Source: Escherichia coli (GTDB lineage Bacteria > Pseudomonadota > Gammaproteobacteria > Enterobacterales > Enterobacteriaceae). From it: a DNA stretch of 64,000 bases. The stretch lies in assembly GCF_050920415.1 (NCBI RefSeq), contig NZ_CP169309.1; one strand, 5' to 3'. The position numbers and the translations under genes are program-made. The notes below the pieces were generated by a model, which saw nothing but the letters and a program-made list of their open reading frames with translations, was not told the origin of the DNA and searched no databases. Positions 14,565 to 27,260 of this stretch are shown here, piece after piece; the stretch's first letter is position 1, and the number at the start of each line of letters is the position of its first letter.

Positions 14565-15359
14565 ATGAAACAGTATTTAGAACTGATGCAAAAAGTGCTC
14601 GACGAAGGCACACAGAAAAACGACCGTACCGGAACCGGAACGCTTTCCATTTTTGGTCATCAGATGCGTTTTAACCTGCAGGATGGATTCCCGCTGGTGA
14701 CAACCAAACGTTGCCACCTGCGTTCCATCATCCACGAACTGCTGTGGTTCTTGCAGGGCGACACTAACATTGCTTATCTACACGAAAACAATGTCACCAT
14801 CTGGGACGAATGGGCCGATGAAAATGGCGACCTCGGTCCGGTGTATGGTAAACAGTGGCGTGCCTGGCCAACGCCAGATGGTCGTCATATTGACCAGATC
14901 ACTACGGTACTGAACCAGCTGAAAAACGACCCGGATTCCCGCCGCATTATTGTTTCAGCGTGGAACGTTGGTGAACTGGATAAAATGGCGCTGGCACCGT
15001 GCCATGCATTCTTCCAGTTCTATGTGGCAGACGGCAAACTCTCTTGCCAGCTTTATCAGCGCTCCTGTGACGTCTTCCTCGGCCTGCCATTTAACATTGC
15101 CAGCTATGCGTTACTGGTACATATGATGGCGCAGCAGTGCGATCTGGAAGTGGGTGATTTTGTCTGGACCGGTGGCGACACGCACCTGTACAGCAATCAT
15201 ATGGATCAAACCCATTTGCAATTAAGCCGTGAACCGCGCCCGCTGCCGAAGCTGATTATCAAACGTAAACCTGAATCCATCTTCGACTACCGTTTCGAAG
15301 ACTTTGAGATTGAAGGCTACGATCCGCATCCGGGCATTAAAGCGCCGGTGGCTATCTAA
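14565..15359 (+). CDS. thyA: Thymidylate synthase
   Basis: 264 aa starting [26 protein letters not shown]; recognised as ThyA. Confidence 0.97.
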
Positions 15360-15380
15360 TTACGAAACATCCTGCCAGAG

Positions 15381-15408
15381 CCGACGCCAGTGTGCGTCGG
15401 TTTTTTTT
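15381..15408 (+). terminator. Rho-independent terminator after thyA
   Basis: Hairpin CCGACGC cagtgt GCGTCGG followed by T8. Confidence 0.8.
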
Positions 15409-15543
15409 ACCCTCCGTTAAATTCTTCGCGACGCCTTCCCGAAATTTTGCAACCTCCTGCAACGGCGTAAATAGTCCGGAAGATGCGCCGAAGAAATAGA
15501 AACTGGCCCTCGTCTTTTTTTCTCCTCGCTCCATACTGCCGGC

Positions 15544-16014
15544 ATGAAAACACAACGTGGTTATACGCTGATTGAAACGCTGGTCGCGATGCTGATTCTG
15601 GTCATGCTAAGCGCAAGTGGACTCTATGGCTGGCAATACTGGCAGCAGTCGCAACGGCTATGGCAAACCGCCAGCCAGGCGCGGGACTATTTGCTCTATT
15701 TACGTGAAGATGCCAACTGGCATAACCGCGACCACAGTATCAGCGTTATCAGGGAGGGGGCGTTATGGTGCCTTGTGAGTTCCGCGGCTGGGGCCAATAC
15801 CTGTCATGGCAGTTCACCATTGGTCTTTGTGCCTCGCTGGCCCGAAGTCGAAATGAGCGACCTGACACCTTCGCTCACTTTCTTTGGCCTGCGCAATACC
15901 GCTTGGGCCGGACATATTCGCTTCAAAAACTCAACGGGAGAGTGGTGGCTGGTGGTTTCGCCGTGGGGAAGACTCCGGCTTTGTCAGCAAGGAGAAACAG
16001 AAGGATGCCTGTAA
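15544..16014 (+). CDS. ppdA: Prepilin-type (type IV pilin-like) protein
   Basis: 156 aa; N-terminal [11 protein letters not shown] prepilin motif. Confidence 0.88.
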   Translation: MKTQRGYTLIETLVAMLILVMLSASGLYGWQYWQQSQRLWQTASQARDYLLYLREDANWHNRDHSISVIREGALWCLVSSAAGANTCHGSSPLVFVPRWPEVEMSDLTPSLTFFGLRNTAWAGHIRFKNSTGEWWLVVSPWGRLRLCQQGETEGCL

Positions 16015-16568
16015 AAGAGCAAGGTTTTTCTTTGCTGGAAGTGTTGATTGCTATGGCGATCAGTAGCGTATTGTTGCTGGGGGCAGCACGCTTTCTGCCT
16101 GCGTTACAGCGTGAAAGTTTAACGAGCACCCGTAAGCTGGCGCTGGAAGATGAAATCTGGCTGCGGGTATTTACCGTCGCGAAGCATCTCCAGAGGGCGG
16201 GTTATTGTCATGGCAGCTGTACCGGCGAAGGGCTGGAAATTGTCGGACAGGGGGACTGTATCATTGTGCAGTGGGATGCGAACAGTAACGGTATCTGGGA
16301 TCGCGAACCGGTAAAAGAGTCCGACCAAATTGGATTTCGTGTGAAGGAGCATGTGCTGGAAACGCTACGCGGTGCGACATCCTGTGAAGGTAAGGGCTGG
16401 GATAAAGTCACTAATCCGGATGCCATCATTATCGACACTTTTCAGGTTACCCGACAGGATGTCAGCGGTTTCTCGCCGGTGTTGACGGTTAATATGCATG
16501 CTGCCAGCAAGGCTGATCCACAAACTGTGGTGGATGCCAGCTATAGCGTGACAGGATTCAACCTGTGA
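16005..16568 (+). CDS. ppdB: Prepilin-type protein
   Basis: Start chosen at ATG 16005 ([25 protein letters not shown]); the 15765 track ORF is an in-frame upstream extension. Confidence 0.85.
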   Translation: MPVKEQGFSLLEVLIAMAISSVLLLGAARFLPALQRESLTSTRKLALEDEIWLRVFTVAKHLQRAGYCHGSCTGEGLEIVGQGDCIIVQWDANSNGIWDREPVKESDQIGFRVKEHVLETLRGATSCEGKGWDKVTNPDAIIIDTFQVTRQDVSGFSPVLTVNMHAASKADPQTVVDASYSVTGFNL

Positions 16569-16972
16569 ACCGCGAAAAGGGTGTTTCGTCACTGGCTCTG
16601 GTCCTTATGCTGCTGGTTTTGGGTAGCTTGCTATTGCAAGGAATGAGTCAGCAGGATCGCAGTTTTGCCTCTCGCGTGAGCATGGAAAGTCAGTCATTGC
16701 GCCGCCAGGCCATCGTTCAGTCGACGCTGGAGTGGGGAAAAATGCACGCCTGGCAGACGCAGCCCGCAGTTCAGTGCTTACTGTACGCTGCCACCGGTGC
16801 CCGGGTTTGTCTGCGTTTATTGGCAGATAATGAAGCCTTATTGATTGCCGGTTATGAAGGCGTTTCGTTGTGGCGAACAGGCGAAGTCATCGATGGAAAC
16901 ATTGTTTTTTCGCCACGCGGCTGGAGCGATTTTTGTCCGCTGAAAGAGAGGGCGTTATGTCAGCTTCCCTGA
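16565..16972 (+). CDS. ygdB: Uncharacterised protein in ppd cluster
   Basis: 135 aa; overlaps ppdB stop; conserved position. Confidence 0.8.
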   Translation: MNREKGVSSLALVLMLLVLGSLLLQGMSQQDRSFASRVSMESQSLRRQAIVQSTLEWGKMHAWQTQPAVQCLLYAATGARVCLRLLADNEALLIAGYEGVSLWRTGEVIDGNIVFSPRGWSDFCPLKERALCQLP

Positions 16973-17280
16973 AGAATCAACAAGGCTTTAGCCTGCCGGA
17001 GGTGATGTTGGCGATGGTGCTGATGGTGATGATTGTCACTGCGTTATCGGGTTTCCAGCGAACATTAATGAACAGTCTTGCCAGTAGAAACCAGTACCAA
17101 CAGCTCTGGCGGCATGGCTGGCAGCAAACGCAACTGCGCGCGAATTCGCCACCTGCCCACTGGCAGGTCAACCGAATGCAGACATCGCAGGCGGGATGTG
17201 TCAGCATCAGCGTTACGCTAGTTTCACCCGGGGGCAGAGAAGGCGAGATGACCCGCCTGCATTGCCCGAATCGTCAGTAG
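16957..17280 (+). CDS. ppdC: Prepilin-type protein
   Basis: Start at ATG 16957 ([20 protein letters not shown]); the 16870 track ORF is an upstream extension. Confidence 0.85.
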   Translation: MSASLKNQQGFSLPEVMLAMVLMVMIVTALSGFQRTLMNSLASRNQYQQLWRHGWQQTQLRANSPPAHWQVNRMQTSQAGCVSISVTLVSPGGREGEMTRLHCPNRQ

Positions 17281-17292
17281 TCAGGAGCCGCT

Positions 17293-20200
17293 ATGTTAAG
17301 GGTCTACCATTCCAATCGTCTGGACGTGCTGGAAGCGTTGATGGAGTTTATTGTCGAACGCGAACGGCTGGACGATCCTTTCGAACCAGAGATGATTCTG
17401 GTGCAAAGTACCGGTATGGCGCAGTGGCTGCAAATGACCCTGTCGCAAAAGTTTGGTATTGCGGCAAACATTGATTTTCCGCTGCCAGCGAGCTTTATCT
17501 GGGATATGTTCGTCCGGGTGTTACCGGAGATCCCCAAAGAGAGCGCCTTTAACAAACAGAGCATGAGCTGGAAACTGATGACTCTGCTGCCGCAACTGTT
17601 GGAGCGCGAAGACTTTACCCTGTTGCGGCATTATCTGACTGACGATAGTGACAAGCGAAAACTGTTCCAGCTTTCTTCAAAAGCGGCGGACCTGTTTGAC
17701 CAGTATCTGGTCTATCGTCCGGACTGGCTGGCACAGTGGGAAATAGGACATTTGGTTGAAGGGCTGGGAGAAGCACAGGCCTGGCAAGCGCCGTTGTGGA
17801 AGGCGCTGGTGGAATATACCCATCAACTCGGGCAACCGCGCTGGCACCGAGCCAATCTCTATCAGCGCTTTATCGAAACGCTGGAGTCCGCGACGACCTG
17901 CCCGCCGGGGCTACCTTCGCGCGTCTTTATATGCGGTATTTCCGCGTTACCGCCTGTTTATCTCCAGGCGCTACAGGCGCTGGGTAAACATATTGAAATC
18001 CATCTCCTGTTTACCAACCCTTGCCGTTATTACTGGGGCGACATTAAAGATCCTGCTTATCTGGCGAAACTACTGACTCGTCAGCGCCGACACAGTTTTG
18101 AAGATCGCGAATTACCGCTATTTCGCGATAGCGAAAATGCCGGACAGCTCTTTAACAGCGATGGTGAACAGGATGTCGGCAACCCGCTGTTGGCCTCATG
18201 GGGCAAGTTGGGGCGCGACTACATTTATCTCCTTTCTGATCTGGAGAGCAGCCAGGAGCTGGACGCTTTTGTCGATGTGACGCCAGATAACCTGCTGCAT
18301 AACATTCAGTCTGACATTCTGGAACTGGAGAACCGCGCCGTTGCGGGTGTGAACATCGAAGAGTTTTCCCGTAGCGATAACAAACGCCCTCTTGATCCAC
18401 TGGATAGCAGTATCACCTTCCACGTTTGCCATAGCCCGCAGCGTGAAGTTGAAGTTTTACACGATCGCTTGCTGGCGATGCTGGAGGAAGACCCGACACT
18501 GACTCCGCGCGACATCATCGTGATGGTGGCTGATATCGACAGCTACAGTCCGTTTATTCAGGCAGTGTTTGGTAGCGCACCTGCGGATCGTTACCTGCCA
18601 TACGCCATTTCCGATCGTCGGGCGCGGCAGTCACATCCGGTACTGGAAGCGTTTATCAGCCTGTTATCACTGCCTGACAGCCGATTTGTGTCGGAAGACG
18701 TGCTGGCATTACTGGATGTGCCGGTGCTGGCGGCGCGGTTTGACATCACCGAAGAAGGGCTGCGTTATTTACGTCAGTGGGTCAACGAGTCCGGAATTCG
18801 TTGGGGGATAGATGACGATAACGTTCGCGAGTTGGAACTCCCCGCCACCGGTCAACACACCTGGCGGTTTGGCCTGACGCGCATGTTGCTGGGCTACGCG
18901 ATGGAGAGCGCGCAGGGCGAGTGGCAATCGGTTCTGCCTTATGATGAATCGAGTGGCTTAATTGCAGAACTGGTGGGGCACCTGGCTTCACTGCTAATGC
19001 AGCTAAACATCTGGCGTCGCGGGCTGGCGCAGGAGCGTCCGCTGGAAGAGTGGTTACCGGTTTGTCGCGATATGCTCAACGCCTTCTTCCTGCCGGATGC
19101 GGAAACCGAAGCGGCGATGACGCTGATCGAACAACAATGGCAGGCGATTATCGCCGAAGGTTTAGGTGCGCAGTATGGCGACGCGGTGCCGTTGTCACTA
19201 TTGCGTGATGAACTGGCACAACGTCTGGATCAGGAACGTATCAGCCAGCGTTTTCTCGCCGGGCCGGTTAACATTTGTACTCTGATGCCAATGCGTTCCA
19301 TCCCATTCAGAGTGGTGTGCCTGCTGGGAATGAACGACGGCGTTTACCCACGCCAGCTTGCGCCATTGGGCTTTGACCTGATGAGTCAGAAACCGAAGCG
19401 TGGCGACCGTAGCCGTCGCGATGACGACCGCTATCTGTTCCTGGAAGCGTTAATTTCCGCGCAGCAAAAACTCTATATCAGCTATATCGGGCGTTCCATT
19501 CAGGATAACAGTGAACGTTTCCCGTCGGTACTGGTGCAGGAACTGATCGACTACATCGGGCAAAGCCATTATCTACCGGGCGATGAAGCGCTCAACTGTG
19601 ATGAAAGCGAGGCAAGGGTAAAAGCGCATCTTACTTGCCTCCATACCCGAATGCCGTTTGATCCGCAAAACTACCAGCCAGGCGAACGACAAAGTTATGC
19701 TCGTGAATGGCTACCTGCGGCCAGCCAGGCTGGTAAAGCACATTCTGAATTTGTTCAGCCGCTGCCGTTTACCTTACCGGAAACCGTGCCGCTGGAAACG
19801 CTACAACGATTCTGGGCACATCCGGTGCGGGCATTTTTCCAGATGCGTTTGCAGGTGAACTTCCGTACCGAAGACAGCGAAATCCCCGACACCGAGCCAT
19901 TTATTCTGGAAGGGCTTAGCCGTTATCAAATCAATCAGCAGTTATTGAATGCACTGGTTGAGCAGGATGATGCCGAACGCTTGTTCCGTCGCTTCCGGGC
20001 GGCAGGGGATTTACCGTATGGCGCTTTTGGTGAAATTTTCTGGGAAACACAGTGCCAGGAGATGCAGCAGCTTGCCGACAGAGTCATTGCCTGTCGCCAA
20101 CCGGGGCAAAGTATGGAAATTGATCTCGCCTGCAACGGTGTGCAAATAACGGGTTGGTTGCCGCAGGTGCAGCCGGATGGCCTGTTACGCTGGCGTCCCT

Positions 20201-20661
20201 CTTTATTAAGTGTGGCGCAGGGAATGCAACTTTGGCTGGAACACCTTGTCTACTGTGCCAGCGGTGGTAATGGTGAAAGTCGCCTTTTTCTACGCAAAGA
20301 CGGCGAGTGGCGTTTTCCGCCGCTTGCAGCCGAACAGGCTTTACATTACCTCTCAGAACTGATTGAGGGGTATCGTGAAGGGATGTCCACGCCGCTGCTG
20401 GTGTTACCTGAAAGTGGCGGCGCGTGGCTAAAAACCTGTTATGACGCGCAAAACGATGCCATGCTGGATGACGATTCCACGTTGCAGAAAGCCCGTACGA
20501 AATTCCTTCAGGCTTACGAAGGCAACATGATGGTGCGTGGAGAAGGTGATGATATCTGGTATCAACGGCTCTGGCGGCAATTAACACCAGAGACAATGGA
20601 AGCCATCGTTGAACAGTCGCAACGTTTCCTGTTACCGCTGTTTCGCTTTAATCAGTCATGA
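17293..20661 (+). CDS. recC: Exodeoxyribonuclease V gamma subunit
   Basis: 1122 aa; recognised as RecC. Confidence 0.96.
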   Translation: MLRVYHSNRLDVLEALMEFIVERERLDDPFEPEMILVQSTGMAQWLQMTLSQKFGIAANIDFPLPASFIWDMFVRVLPEIPKESAFNKQSMSWKLMTLLPQLLEREDFTLLRHYLTDDSDKRKLFQLSSKAADLFDQYLVYRPDWLAQWEIGHLVEGLGEAQAWQAPLWKALVEYTHQLGQPRWHRANLYQRFIETLESATTCPPGLPSRVFICGISALPPVYLQALQALGKHIEIHLLFTNPCRYYWGDIKDPAYLAKLLTRQRRHSFEDRELPLFRDSENAGQLFNSDGEQDVGNPLLASWGKLGRDYIYLLSDLESSQELDAFVDVTPDNLLHNIQSDILELENRAVAGVNIEEFSRSDNKRPLDPLDSSITFHVCHSPQREVEVLHDRLLAMLEEDPTLTPRDIIVMVADIDSYSPFIQAVFGSAPADRYLPYAISDRRARQSHPVLEAFISLLSLPDSRFVSEDVLALLDVPVLAARFDITEEGLRYLRQWVNESGIRWGIDDDNVRELELPATGQHTWRFGLTRMLLGYAMESAQGEWQSVLPYDESSGLIAELVGHLASLLMQLNIWRRGLAQERPLEEWLPVCRDMLNAFFLPDAETEAAMTLIEQQWQAIIAEGLGAQYGDAVPLSLLRDELAQRLDQERISQRFLAGPVNICTLMPMRSIPFRVVCLLGMNDGVYPRQLAPLGFDLMSQKPKRGDRSRRDDDRYLFLEALISAQQKLYISYIGRSIQDNSERFPSVLVQELIDYIGQSHYLPGDEALNCDESEARVKAHLTCLHTRMPFDPQNYQPGERQSYAREWLPAASQAGKAHSEFVQPLPFTLPETVPLETLQRFWAHPVRAFFQMRLQVNFRTEDSEIPDTEPFILEGLSRYQINQQLLNALVEQDDAERLFRRFRAAGDLPYGAFGEIFWETQCQEMQQLADRVIACRQPGQSMEIDLACNGVQITGWLPQVQPDGLLRWRPSLLSVAQGMQLWLEHLVYCASGGNGESRLFLRKDGEWRFPPLAAEQALHYLSELIEGYREGMSTPLLVLPESGGAWLKTCYDAQNDAMLDDDSTLQKARTKFLQAYEGNMMVRGEGDDIWYQRLWRQLTPETMEAIVEQSQRFLLPLFRFNQS

Positions 20662-20836
20662 GTGCTGTATAAAAATTGCGCAATTCATCTGCTTACTTTA
20701 TGATGCGCACCAGTCACGGACTGATGGTTATATAGACATAGGCTGACTCGTGCAGCACAAGATTAAATTCTGCCGGATAATTTTCGTTAACGTATTGAAT
20801 CTGGTTAGAAAATAAAGTTGATAATGAGGTCCGTGA

Positions 20837-23725
20837 ATGCCCCGCAGCACCTGGTTCAAAGCATTATTGTTGTTTGTTGCCCTTTGGGCACCCTTAAGTC
20901 AGGCAGAAACGGGATGGCAGCCGATTCAGGAAACCATCCGTAAAAGTGATAAAGATAACCGTCAGTATCAGGCTATACGTCTGGATAACGGTATGGTGGT
21001 TTTGCTGGTTTCTGACCCGCAGGCGGTTAAATCGCTCTCGGCGCTGGTGGTGCCCGTTGGGTCGCTGGAAGATCCCGAGGCGTACCAGGGGCTGGCACAT
21101 TACCTTGAACATATGAGTCTGATGGGTTCGAAAAAGTACCCGCAGGCTGACAGTCTGGCTGAATACCTCAAAATGCACGGCGGCAGCCACAATGCCAGCA
21201 CGGCACCGTATCGCACGGCTTTCTATCTGGAAGTTGAGAACGACGCCTTACCCGGTGCGGTAGACCGCCTGGCCGATGCTATTGCTGAACCCTTGCTCGA
21301 CAAGAAATACGCCGAACGTGAGCGTAATGCGGTGAACGCTGAATTAACCATGGCGCGTACGCGTGATGGGATGCGCATGGCACAGGTCAGCGCAGAAACC
21401 ATTAACCCGGCACACCCAGGTTCAAAGTTTTCTGGTGGTAACCTCGAAACTTTAAGCGATAAACCCGGCAATCCGGTACAGCAGGCGCTGAAAGATTTCC
21501 ACGAGAAATATTACTCTGCCAATCTGATGAAGGCGGTTATTTACAGCAATAAACCGTTGTCGGAGTTGGCAAAAATGGCGGCGGACACTTTTGGTCGCGT
21601 GCCGAACAAAGAGAGCAAAAAACCGGAAATCACCGTGCCGGTAGTCACCGACGCGCAAAAGGGCATTATCATTCATTACGTCCCGGCGCTGCCGCGTAAA
21701 GTTCTGCGCGTTGAGTTTCGCATCGATAACAATTCAGCGAAGTTCCGTAGTAAAACGGATGAATTGATTACCTATCTGATTGGTAATCGCAGCCCAGGTA
21801 CACTTTCTGACTGGCTGCAAAAGCAGGGATTAGTTGAGGGCATTAGCGCCAACTCCGATCCTATTGTCAACGGCAACAGCGGCGTATTAGCCATCTCTGC
21901 GTCTTTAACCGATAAAGGTCTGGCTAATCGCGATCAGGTTGTGGCGGCAATATTCAGCTATCTCAATCTGTTGCGTGAAAAAGGTATTGATAAACAATAT
22001 TTTGATGAACTGGCCAATGTACTGGATATCGACTTTCGTTATCCGTCAATCACCCGTGATATGGATTACGTCGAATGGCTGGCAGATACCATGATTCGCG
22101 TTCCTGTTGAGCATACGCTGGATGCAGTCAATATTGCCGATCGGTACGATGCTAAAGCAGTAAAAGAACGCCTGGCGATGATGACGCCGCAGAATGCGCG
22201 TATCTGGTATATCAGCCCGAAAGAGCCGCACAACAAAACGGCTTACTTTGTCGATGCGCCGTATCAGGTAGATAAAATCAGCCCACAAACTTTCGCTGAC
22301 TGGCAGAAAAAAGCCGCCAATATTGCGCTCTCCTTACCGGAGCTTAACCCTTATATTCCTGACGATTTCTCGCTGATTAAGTCAGAGAAGAAATACGACC
22401 ATCCAGAGCTGATTGTTGATGAGTCGAATCTGCGCGTGGTGTATGCGCCAAGCCGATATTTTGCCAGCGAACCAAAAGCTGATGTTAGCCTGATTTTGCG
22501 TAACCCGAAAGCCATGGACAGCGCCCGCAATCAGGTGATGTTTGCGCTCAATGATTATCTTGCCGGACTGGCGCTTGATCAGTTAAGCAACCAGGCGTCG
22601 GTTGGTGGCATAAGTTTTTCCACCAATGCTAACAACGGCCTTATGGTTAATGCCAATGGTTACACCCAGCGCCTGCCGCAGCTGTTCCAGGCTCTGCTGG
22701 AGGGCTACTTTAGCTATACCGCTACGGAAGATCAGCTTGAGCAGGCGAAGTCCTGGTATAACCAGATGATGGATTCCGCAGAAAAGGGCAAAGCGTTCGA
22801 GCAGGCGATTATGCCCGCGCAGATGCTCTCGCAAGTGCCGTACTTCTCGCGAGATGAACGGCGCAAAATTTTGTCTTCAATCACTTTGAAAGAGGTGCTG
22901 GCCTATCGCGACGCCTTAAAATCAGGGGCTCGACCAGAGTTTATGGTTATTGGCAACATGACCGAAGCCCAGGCAACAACGCTGGCACGCGATGTGCAAA
23001 AACAGTTGGGCGCTGATGGTTCGGAGTGGTGTCGTAACAAAGATGTCGTGGTCGATAAAAAACAATCCGTCATCTTTGAAAAAGCCGGTAACAGCACCGA
23101 CTCCGCACTGGCAGCGGTATTTGTACCGACTGGCTACGATGAATACACCAGCTCAGCCTATAGCTCTCTGCTGGGGCAGATCGTACAGCCGTGGTTCTAC
23201 AATCAGTTGCGTACCGAAGAACAGTTGGGCTATGCCGTGTTTGCGTTTCCAATGAGCGTGGGACGTCAGTGGGGCATGGGCTTCCTGTTGCAAAGCAATG
23301 ATAAACAGCCTTCATTCTTGTGGGAGCGTTACAAGGCGTTTTTCCCAACCGCAGAGGCAAAATTGCGGACGATGAAGCCAGAAGAGTTTGCGCAAATCCA
23401 GCAGGCGGTAATAACCCAGATGCTGCAGGCACCGCAAACGCTCGGCGAAGAAGCATCGAAGTTAAGTAAAGATTTCGATCGCGGCAATATGCGCTTCGAT
23501 TCGCGTGATAAAATCGTGGCCCAGATAAAACTGCTGACGCCGCAAAAACTTGCTGATTTCTTCCATCAGGCGGTGGTCGAGCCGCAAGGCATGGCTATTC
23601 TGTCGCAGATTTCCGGCAGCCAGAACGGGAAAGCCGAATATGTGCATCCTGAAGGTTGGAAAGTGTGGGAGAACGTCAGCGCGTTGCAGCAAACAATGCC
23701 CCTGATGAGTGAAAAGAATGAGTGA
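20837..23725 (+). CDS. ptrA: Protease III (pitrilysin), periplasmic M16 zinc metalloprotease
   Basis: 962 aa with signal peptide and HxxEH motif (HYLEHM); recognised as PtrA. Confidence 0.95.
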   Translation: MPRSTWFKALLLFVALWAPLSQAETGWQPIQETIRKSDKDNRQYQAIRLDNGMVVLLVSDPQAVKSLSALVVPVGSLEDPEAYQGLAHYLEHMSLMGSKKYPQADSLAEYLKMHGGSHNASTAPYRTAFYLEVENDALPGAVDRLADAIAEPLLDKKYAERERNAVNAELTMARTRDGMRMAQVSAETINPAHPGSKFSGGNLETLSDKPGNPVQQALKDFHEKYYSANLMKAVIYSNKPLSELAKMAADTFGRVPNKESKKPEITVPVVTDAQKGIIIHYVPALPRKVLRVEFRIDNNSAKFRSKTDELITYLIGNRSPGTLSDWLQKQGLVEGISANSDPIVNGNSGVLAISASLTDKGLANRDQVVAAIFSYLNLLREKGIDKQYFDELANVLDIDFRYPSITRDMDYVEWLADTMIRVPVEHTLDAVNIADRYDAKAVKERLAMMTPQNARIWYISPKEPHNKTAYFVDAPYQVDKISPQTFADWQKKAANIALSLPELNPYIPDDFSLIKSEKKYDHPELIVDESNLRVVYAPSRYFASEPKADVSLILRNPKAMDSARNQVMFALNDYLAGLALDQLSNQASVGGISFSTNANNGLMVNANGYTQRLPQLFQALLEGYFSYTATEDQLEQAKSWYNQMMDSAEKGKAFEQAIMPAQMLSQVPYFSRDERRKILSSITLKEVLAYRDALKSGARPEFMVIGNMTEAQATTLARDVQKQLGADGSEWCRNKDVVVDKKQSVIFEKAGNSTDSALAAVFVPTGYDEYTSSAYSSLLGQIVQPWFYNQLRTEEQLGYAVFAFPMSVGRQWGMGFLLQSNDKQPSFLWERYKAFFPTAEAKLRTMKPEEFAQIQQAVITQMLQAPQTLGEEASKLSKDFDRGNMRFDSRDKIVAQIKLLTPQKLADFFHQAVVEPQGMAILSQISGSQNGKAEYVHPEGWKVWENVSALQQTMPLMSEKNE

Positions 23726-26700
23726 TGTCGCCGAGACACTAGATCCTTTGCGCTTGCCCTTACAGGGCGAGCGCCTGATTGAAGCCTCTGCCGGCACAGG
23801 CAAAACCTTTACGATTGCGGCGCTCTATTTGCGCCTGTTACTTGGACTAGGCGGTTCTGCCGCCTTTCCCCGCCCGCTGACCGTTGAAGAACTGCTGGTG
23901 GTGACCTTTACCGAGGCTGCCACGGCAGAATTGCGCGGTCGTATCCGTAGCAATATCCACGAGTTGCGCATCGCCTGTCTGCGTGAAACCACCGACAATC
24001 CACTGTACGAACGCCTGCTGGAAGAGATCGACGATAAAGCGCAAGCCGCGCAGTGGTTGTTGTTAGCCGAACGGCAGATGGATGAAGCGGCAGTCTTTAC
24101 TATTCACGGTTTTTGCCAGCGCATGCTCAACTTGAATGCCTTTGAATCCGGCATGCTGTTTGAGCAGCAGCTGATTGAAGATGAGTCTCTGCTACGCTAC
24201 CAGGCCTGCGCCGATTTCTGGCGTCGCCACTGCTACCCGCTGCCGCGTGAAATTGCCCAGGTGGTCTTTGAAACCTGGAAAGGACCGCAGGCGTTGCTGC
24301 GCGATATTAATCGTTATCTGCAAGGCGAAGCACCGGTTATCAAAGCACCGCCGCCCGATGATGAAACGCTGGCTTCCCGCCACGCGCAAATTGTGGCGCG
24401 TATTGATACGGTAAAACAGCAGTGGCGCGACGCAGTGGGTGAACTGGATGCGCTGATCGAATCTTCTGGTATTGATCGACGCAAGTTTAACCGTAGCAAT
24501 CAGGCTAAATGGATCGAGAAGATCAGTGCCTGGGCAGAAGAAGAGACCAACAGTTATCAGTTACCGGAGTCGCTGGAAAAATTCTCTCAGCGTTTCTTAG
24601 AAGATCGCACGAAAGCCGGGGGGGAAACCCCGCGACATCCACTGTTTGAGGCGATCGATCAACTGCTTGCAGAACCATTGTCGATCCGTGATCTGGTGAT
24701 CACCCGCGCATTGGCTGAGATCCGCGAAACAGTAGCGCGTGAAAAACGCCGCCGTGGCGAATTGGGTTTTGATGACATGTTAAGTCGGCTCGATTCCGCG
24801 CTGCGTAGCGAAAGCGGCGAGGTGTTGGCAGCGGCGATCCGTACGCGATTCCCGGTGGCAATGATTGATGAATTTCAGGATACCGACCCCCAGCAGTACC
24901 GAATTTTTCGCCGTATCTGGCACCATCAACCGGAAACTGCATTGTTGCTGATTGGCGACCCGAAACAGGCTATATATGCATTCCGTGGAGCGGATATCTT
25001 CACTTATATGAAGGCGCGTAATGAAGTTCACGCGCACTACACCTTAGACACCAACTGGCGCTCAGCACCTGGAATGGTGAACAGCGTGAATAAGCTTTTC
25101 AGTCAGACTGATGACGCGTTCATGTTTCGCGAAATACCGTTTATTCCAGTGAAATCAGCCGGGAAAAATCAGGCGTTACGTTTTGTGTTTAAAGGTGAAA
25201 CGCAGCCTGCGATGAAAATGTGGCTGATGGAAGGCGAAAGCTGCGGCGTTGGCGACTATCAAAGTACCATGGCGCAGGTATGTGCTGCGCAAATCCGCGA
25301 CTGGCTACAAGCCGGACAGCGGGGCGAAGCGTTGCTGATGAACGGCGACGACGCGCGTCCGGTGCGTGCTTCGGACATCAGTGTGCTGGTGCGCAGCCGC
25401 CAGGAGGCCGCTCAGGTGCGCGATGCCTTAACGCTGCTGGAAATCCCTTCCGTTTACCTTTCGAACCGCGACAGTGTTTTTGAAACTCTGGAAGCGCAGG
25501 AGATGCTTTGGCTGTTGCAGGCGGTGATGACACCAGAACGTGAGAACACTCTGCGCAGTGCGCTGGCAACGTCAATGATGGGGCTGAATGCGCTGGATAT
25601 TGAAACGCTGAATAATGACGAACATGCGTGGGATGCGGTAGTCGAAGAGTTCGATGGTTATCGGCAAATCTGGCGCAAACGTGGCGTTATGCCGATGCTG
25701 CGGGCGCTGATGTCGGCGCGTAACATTGCAGAAAACTTGCTGGCAACAGCAGGCGGTGAGCGACGGCTTACAGACATTTTGCATATCAGCGAACTGCTAC
25801 AAGAAGCCGGAACGCAGCTGGAAAGTGAACATGCGCTGGTACGCTGGTTATCGCAACATATCCTCGAGCCAGACAGTAATGCCTCCAGCCAACAAATGCG
25901 TCTCGAAAGTGATAAACATCTGGTGCAGATTGTCACGATCCACAAATCGAAAGGGCTGGAATATCCATTGGTCTGGCTGCCGTTTATCACCAATTTCCGC
26001 GTCCAGGATCAGGCGTTTTATCACGATCGCCACTCGTTTGAGGCTGTTCTGGATCTTAATGCTGCGCCAGAAAGCGTCGACCTCGCGGAGGCCGAACGTC
26101 TGGCGGAAGATCTGCGTTTGCTTTACGTTGCGCTGACGCGTTCGGTTTGGCATTGCAGTCTCGGCGTTGCACCGCTGGTGCGCCGTCGTGGCGATAAAAA
26201 AGGTGACACCGACGTCCACCAAAGTGCGCTCGGGCGTTTGCTGCAAAAAGGGGAACCGCAAGATGCGGCAGGGCTTCGCACCTGTATTGAAGCGTTGTGC
26301 GATGAGGATATTGCCTGGCAAACGGCACAAACGGGTGATAACCAGCCCTGGCAGTTTAATGATGTTTTTACAGCAGAACTGAATGCGAAGATGCTACAAC
26401 GATTGCCTGGCGATAACTGGCGCGTCACCAGCTATTCAGGTTTGCAGCAGCGTGGTCACGGTATCGCTCAGGATCTGATGCCACGGCTGGATGTTGATGC
26501 CGCAGGCGTGGTCAGCGTCGTTGAAGAACCGACGTTAACACCGCATCAGTTCCCGCGCGGTGCGTCACCAGGGACATTCTTGCACAGTTTGTTTGAAGAC
26601 CTCGATTTTACCCAGCCGGTTGACCCGAACTGGGTACAGGAAAAACTGGAACTCGGCGGCTTTGAATCGCAGTGGGAACCAGTATTGACCGAGTGGATCA

Positions 26701-27260
26701 CGGCTGTCCTCCAGGCACCTCTCAATGAAACGGGTGTTAGCCTGAATCAGCTTTCCGACCGCGATAAACAGGTGGAGATGGAGTTTTACCTGCCGATTAG
26801 TGAACCGCTCATCGCCAGCCAGCTTGATGCACTAATTCGCCAGTTTGATCCGCTATCCGCTGGCTGCCCGCCGCTGGAGTTCATGCAGGTACGCGGCATG
26901 TTAAAAGGCTTTATCGACCTGGTATTCCGCCACGAAGGGCGTTATTACCTGCTCGACTATAAATCCAACTGGCTGGGTGAAGACAGTTCGGCTTATACCC
27001 AACAGGCTATGGCAGCGGCGATGCAGGCACACCGCTATGATCTGCAATATCAGCTTTATACCCTGGCGCTGCATCGTTATCTGCGCCATCGCATTGCTGA
27101 TTACGACTATGATCGTCACTTTGGCGGCGTTATCTATCTGTTCCTGCGTGGCGTTGATAAAGAACATCCGCAACAAGGGATTTACACAACCCGACCCAAC
27201 GCTGGGTTGATTGACCTGATGGATGAGATGTTTGCCGGTATGACCCTGGAGGAGGCGTAA
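23718..27260 (+). CDS. recB: Exodeoxyribonuclease V beta subunit (helicase/nuclease)
   Basis: Start at ATG 23718 ([13 protein letters not shown]); Walker A GTGKT; overlaps ptrA stop. Confidence 0.96.
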   Translation: MSDVAETLDPLRLPLQGERLIEASAGTGKTFTIAALYLRLLLGLGGSAAFPRPLTVEELLVVTFTEAATAELRGRIRSNIHELRIACLRETTDNPLYERLLEEIDDKAQAAQWLLLAERQMDEAAVFTIHGFCQRMLNLNAFESGMLFEQQLIEDESLLRYQACADFWRRHCYPLPREIAQVVFETWKGPQALLRDINRYLQGEAPVIKAPPPDDETLASRHAQIVARIDTVKQQWRDAVGELDALIESSGIDRRKFNRSNQAKWIEKISAWAEEETNSYQLPESLEKFSQRFLEDRTKAGGETPRHPLFEAIDQLLAEPLSIRDLVITRALAEIRETVAREKRRRGELGFDDMLSRLDSALRSESGEVLAAAIRTRFPVAMIDEFQDTDPQQYRIFRRIWHHQPETALLLIGDPKQAIYAFRGADIFTYMKARNEVHAHYTLDTNWRSAPGMVNSVNKLFSQTDDAFMFREIPFIPVKSAGKNQALRFVFKGETQPAMKMWLMEGESCGVGDYQSTMAQVCAAQIRDWLQAGQRGEALLMNGDDARPVRASDISVLVRSRQEAAQVRDALTLLEIPSVYLSNRDSVFETLEAQEMLWLLQAVMTPERENTLRSALATSMMGLNALDIETLNNDEHAWDAVVEEFDGYRQIWRKRGVMPMLRALMSARNIAENLLATAGGERRLTDILHISELLQEAGTQLESEHALVRWLSQHILEPDSNASSQQMRLESDKHLVQIVTIHKSKGLEYPLVWLPFITNFRVQDQAFYHDRHSFEAVLDLNAAPESVDLAEAERLAEDLRLLYVALTRSVWHCSLGVAPLVRRRGDKKGDTDVHQSALGRLLQKGEPQDAAGLRTCIEALCDEDIAWQTAQTGDNQPWQFNDVFTAELNAKMLQRLPGDNWRVTSYSGLQQRGHGIAQDLMPRLDVDAAGVVSVVEEPTLTPHQFPRGASPGTFLHSLFEDLDFTQPVDPNWVQEKLELGGFESQWEPVLTEWITAVLQAPLNETGVSLNQLSDRDKQVEMEFYLPISEPLIASQLDALIRQFDPLSAGCPPLEFMQVRGMLKGFIDLVFRHEGRYYLLDYKSNWLGEDSSAYTQQAMAAAMQAHRYDLQYQLYTLALHRYLRHRIADYDYDRHFGGVIYLFLRGVDKEHPQQGIYTTRPNAGLIDLMDEMFAGMTLEEA

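Noticed and set aside
15765-16568. 267 aa version of ppdB and 136 aa version of ppdC (16870-17280)
   Set aside because: The upstream extensions overlap the preceding genes in another frame; prepilin leader motifs and RBS positions support the internal starts at 16005 and 16957.
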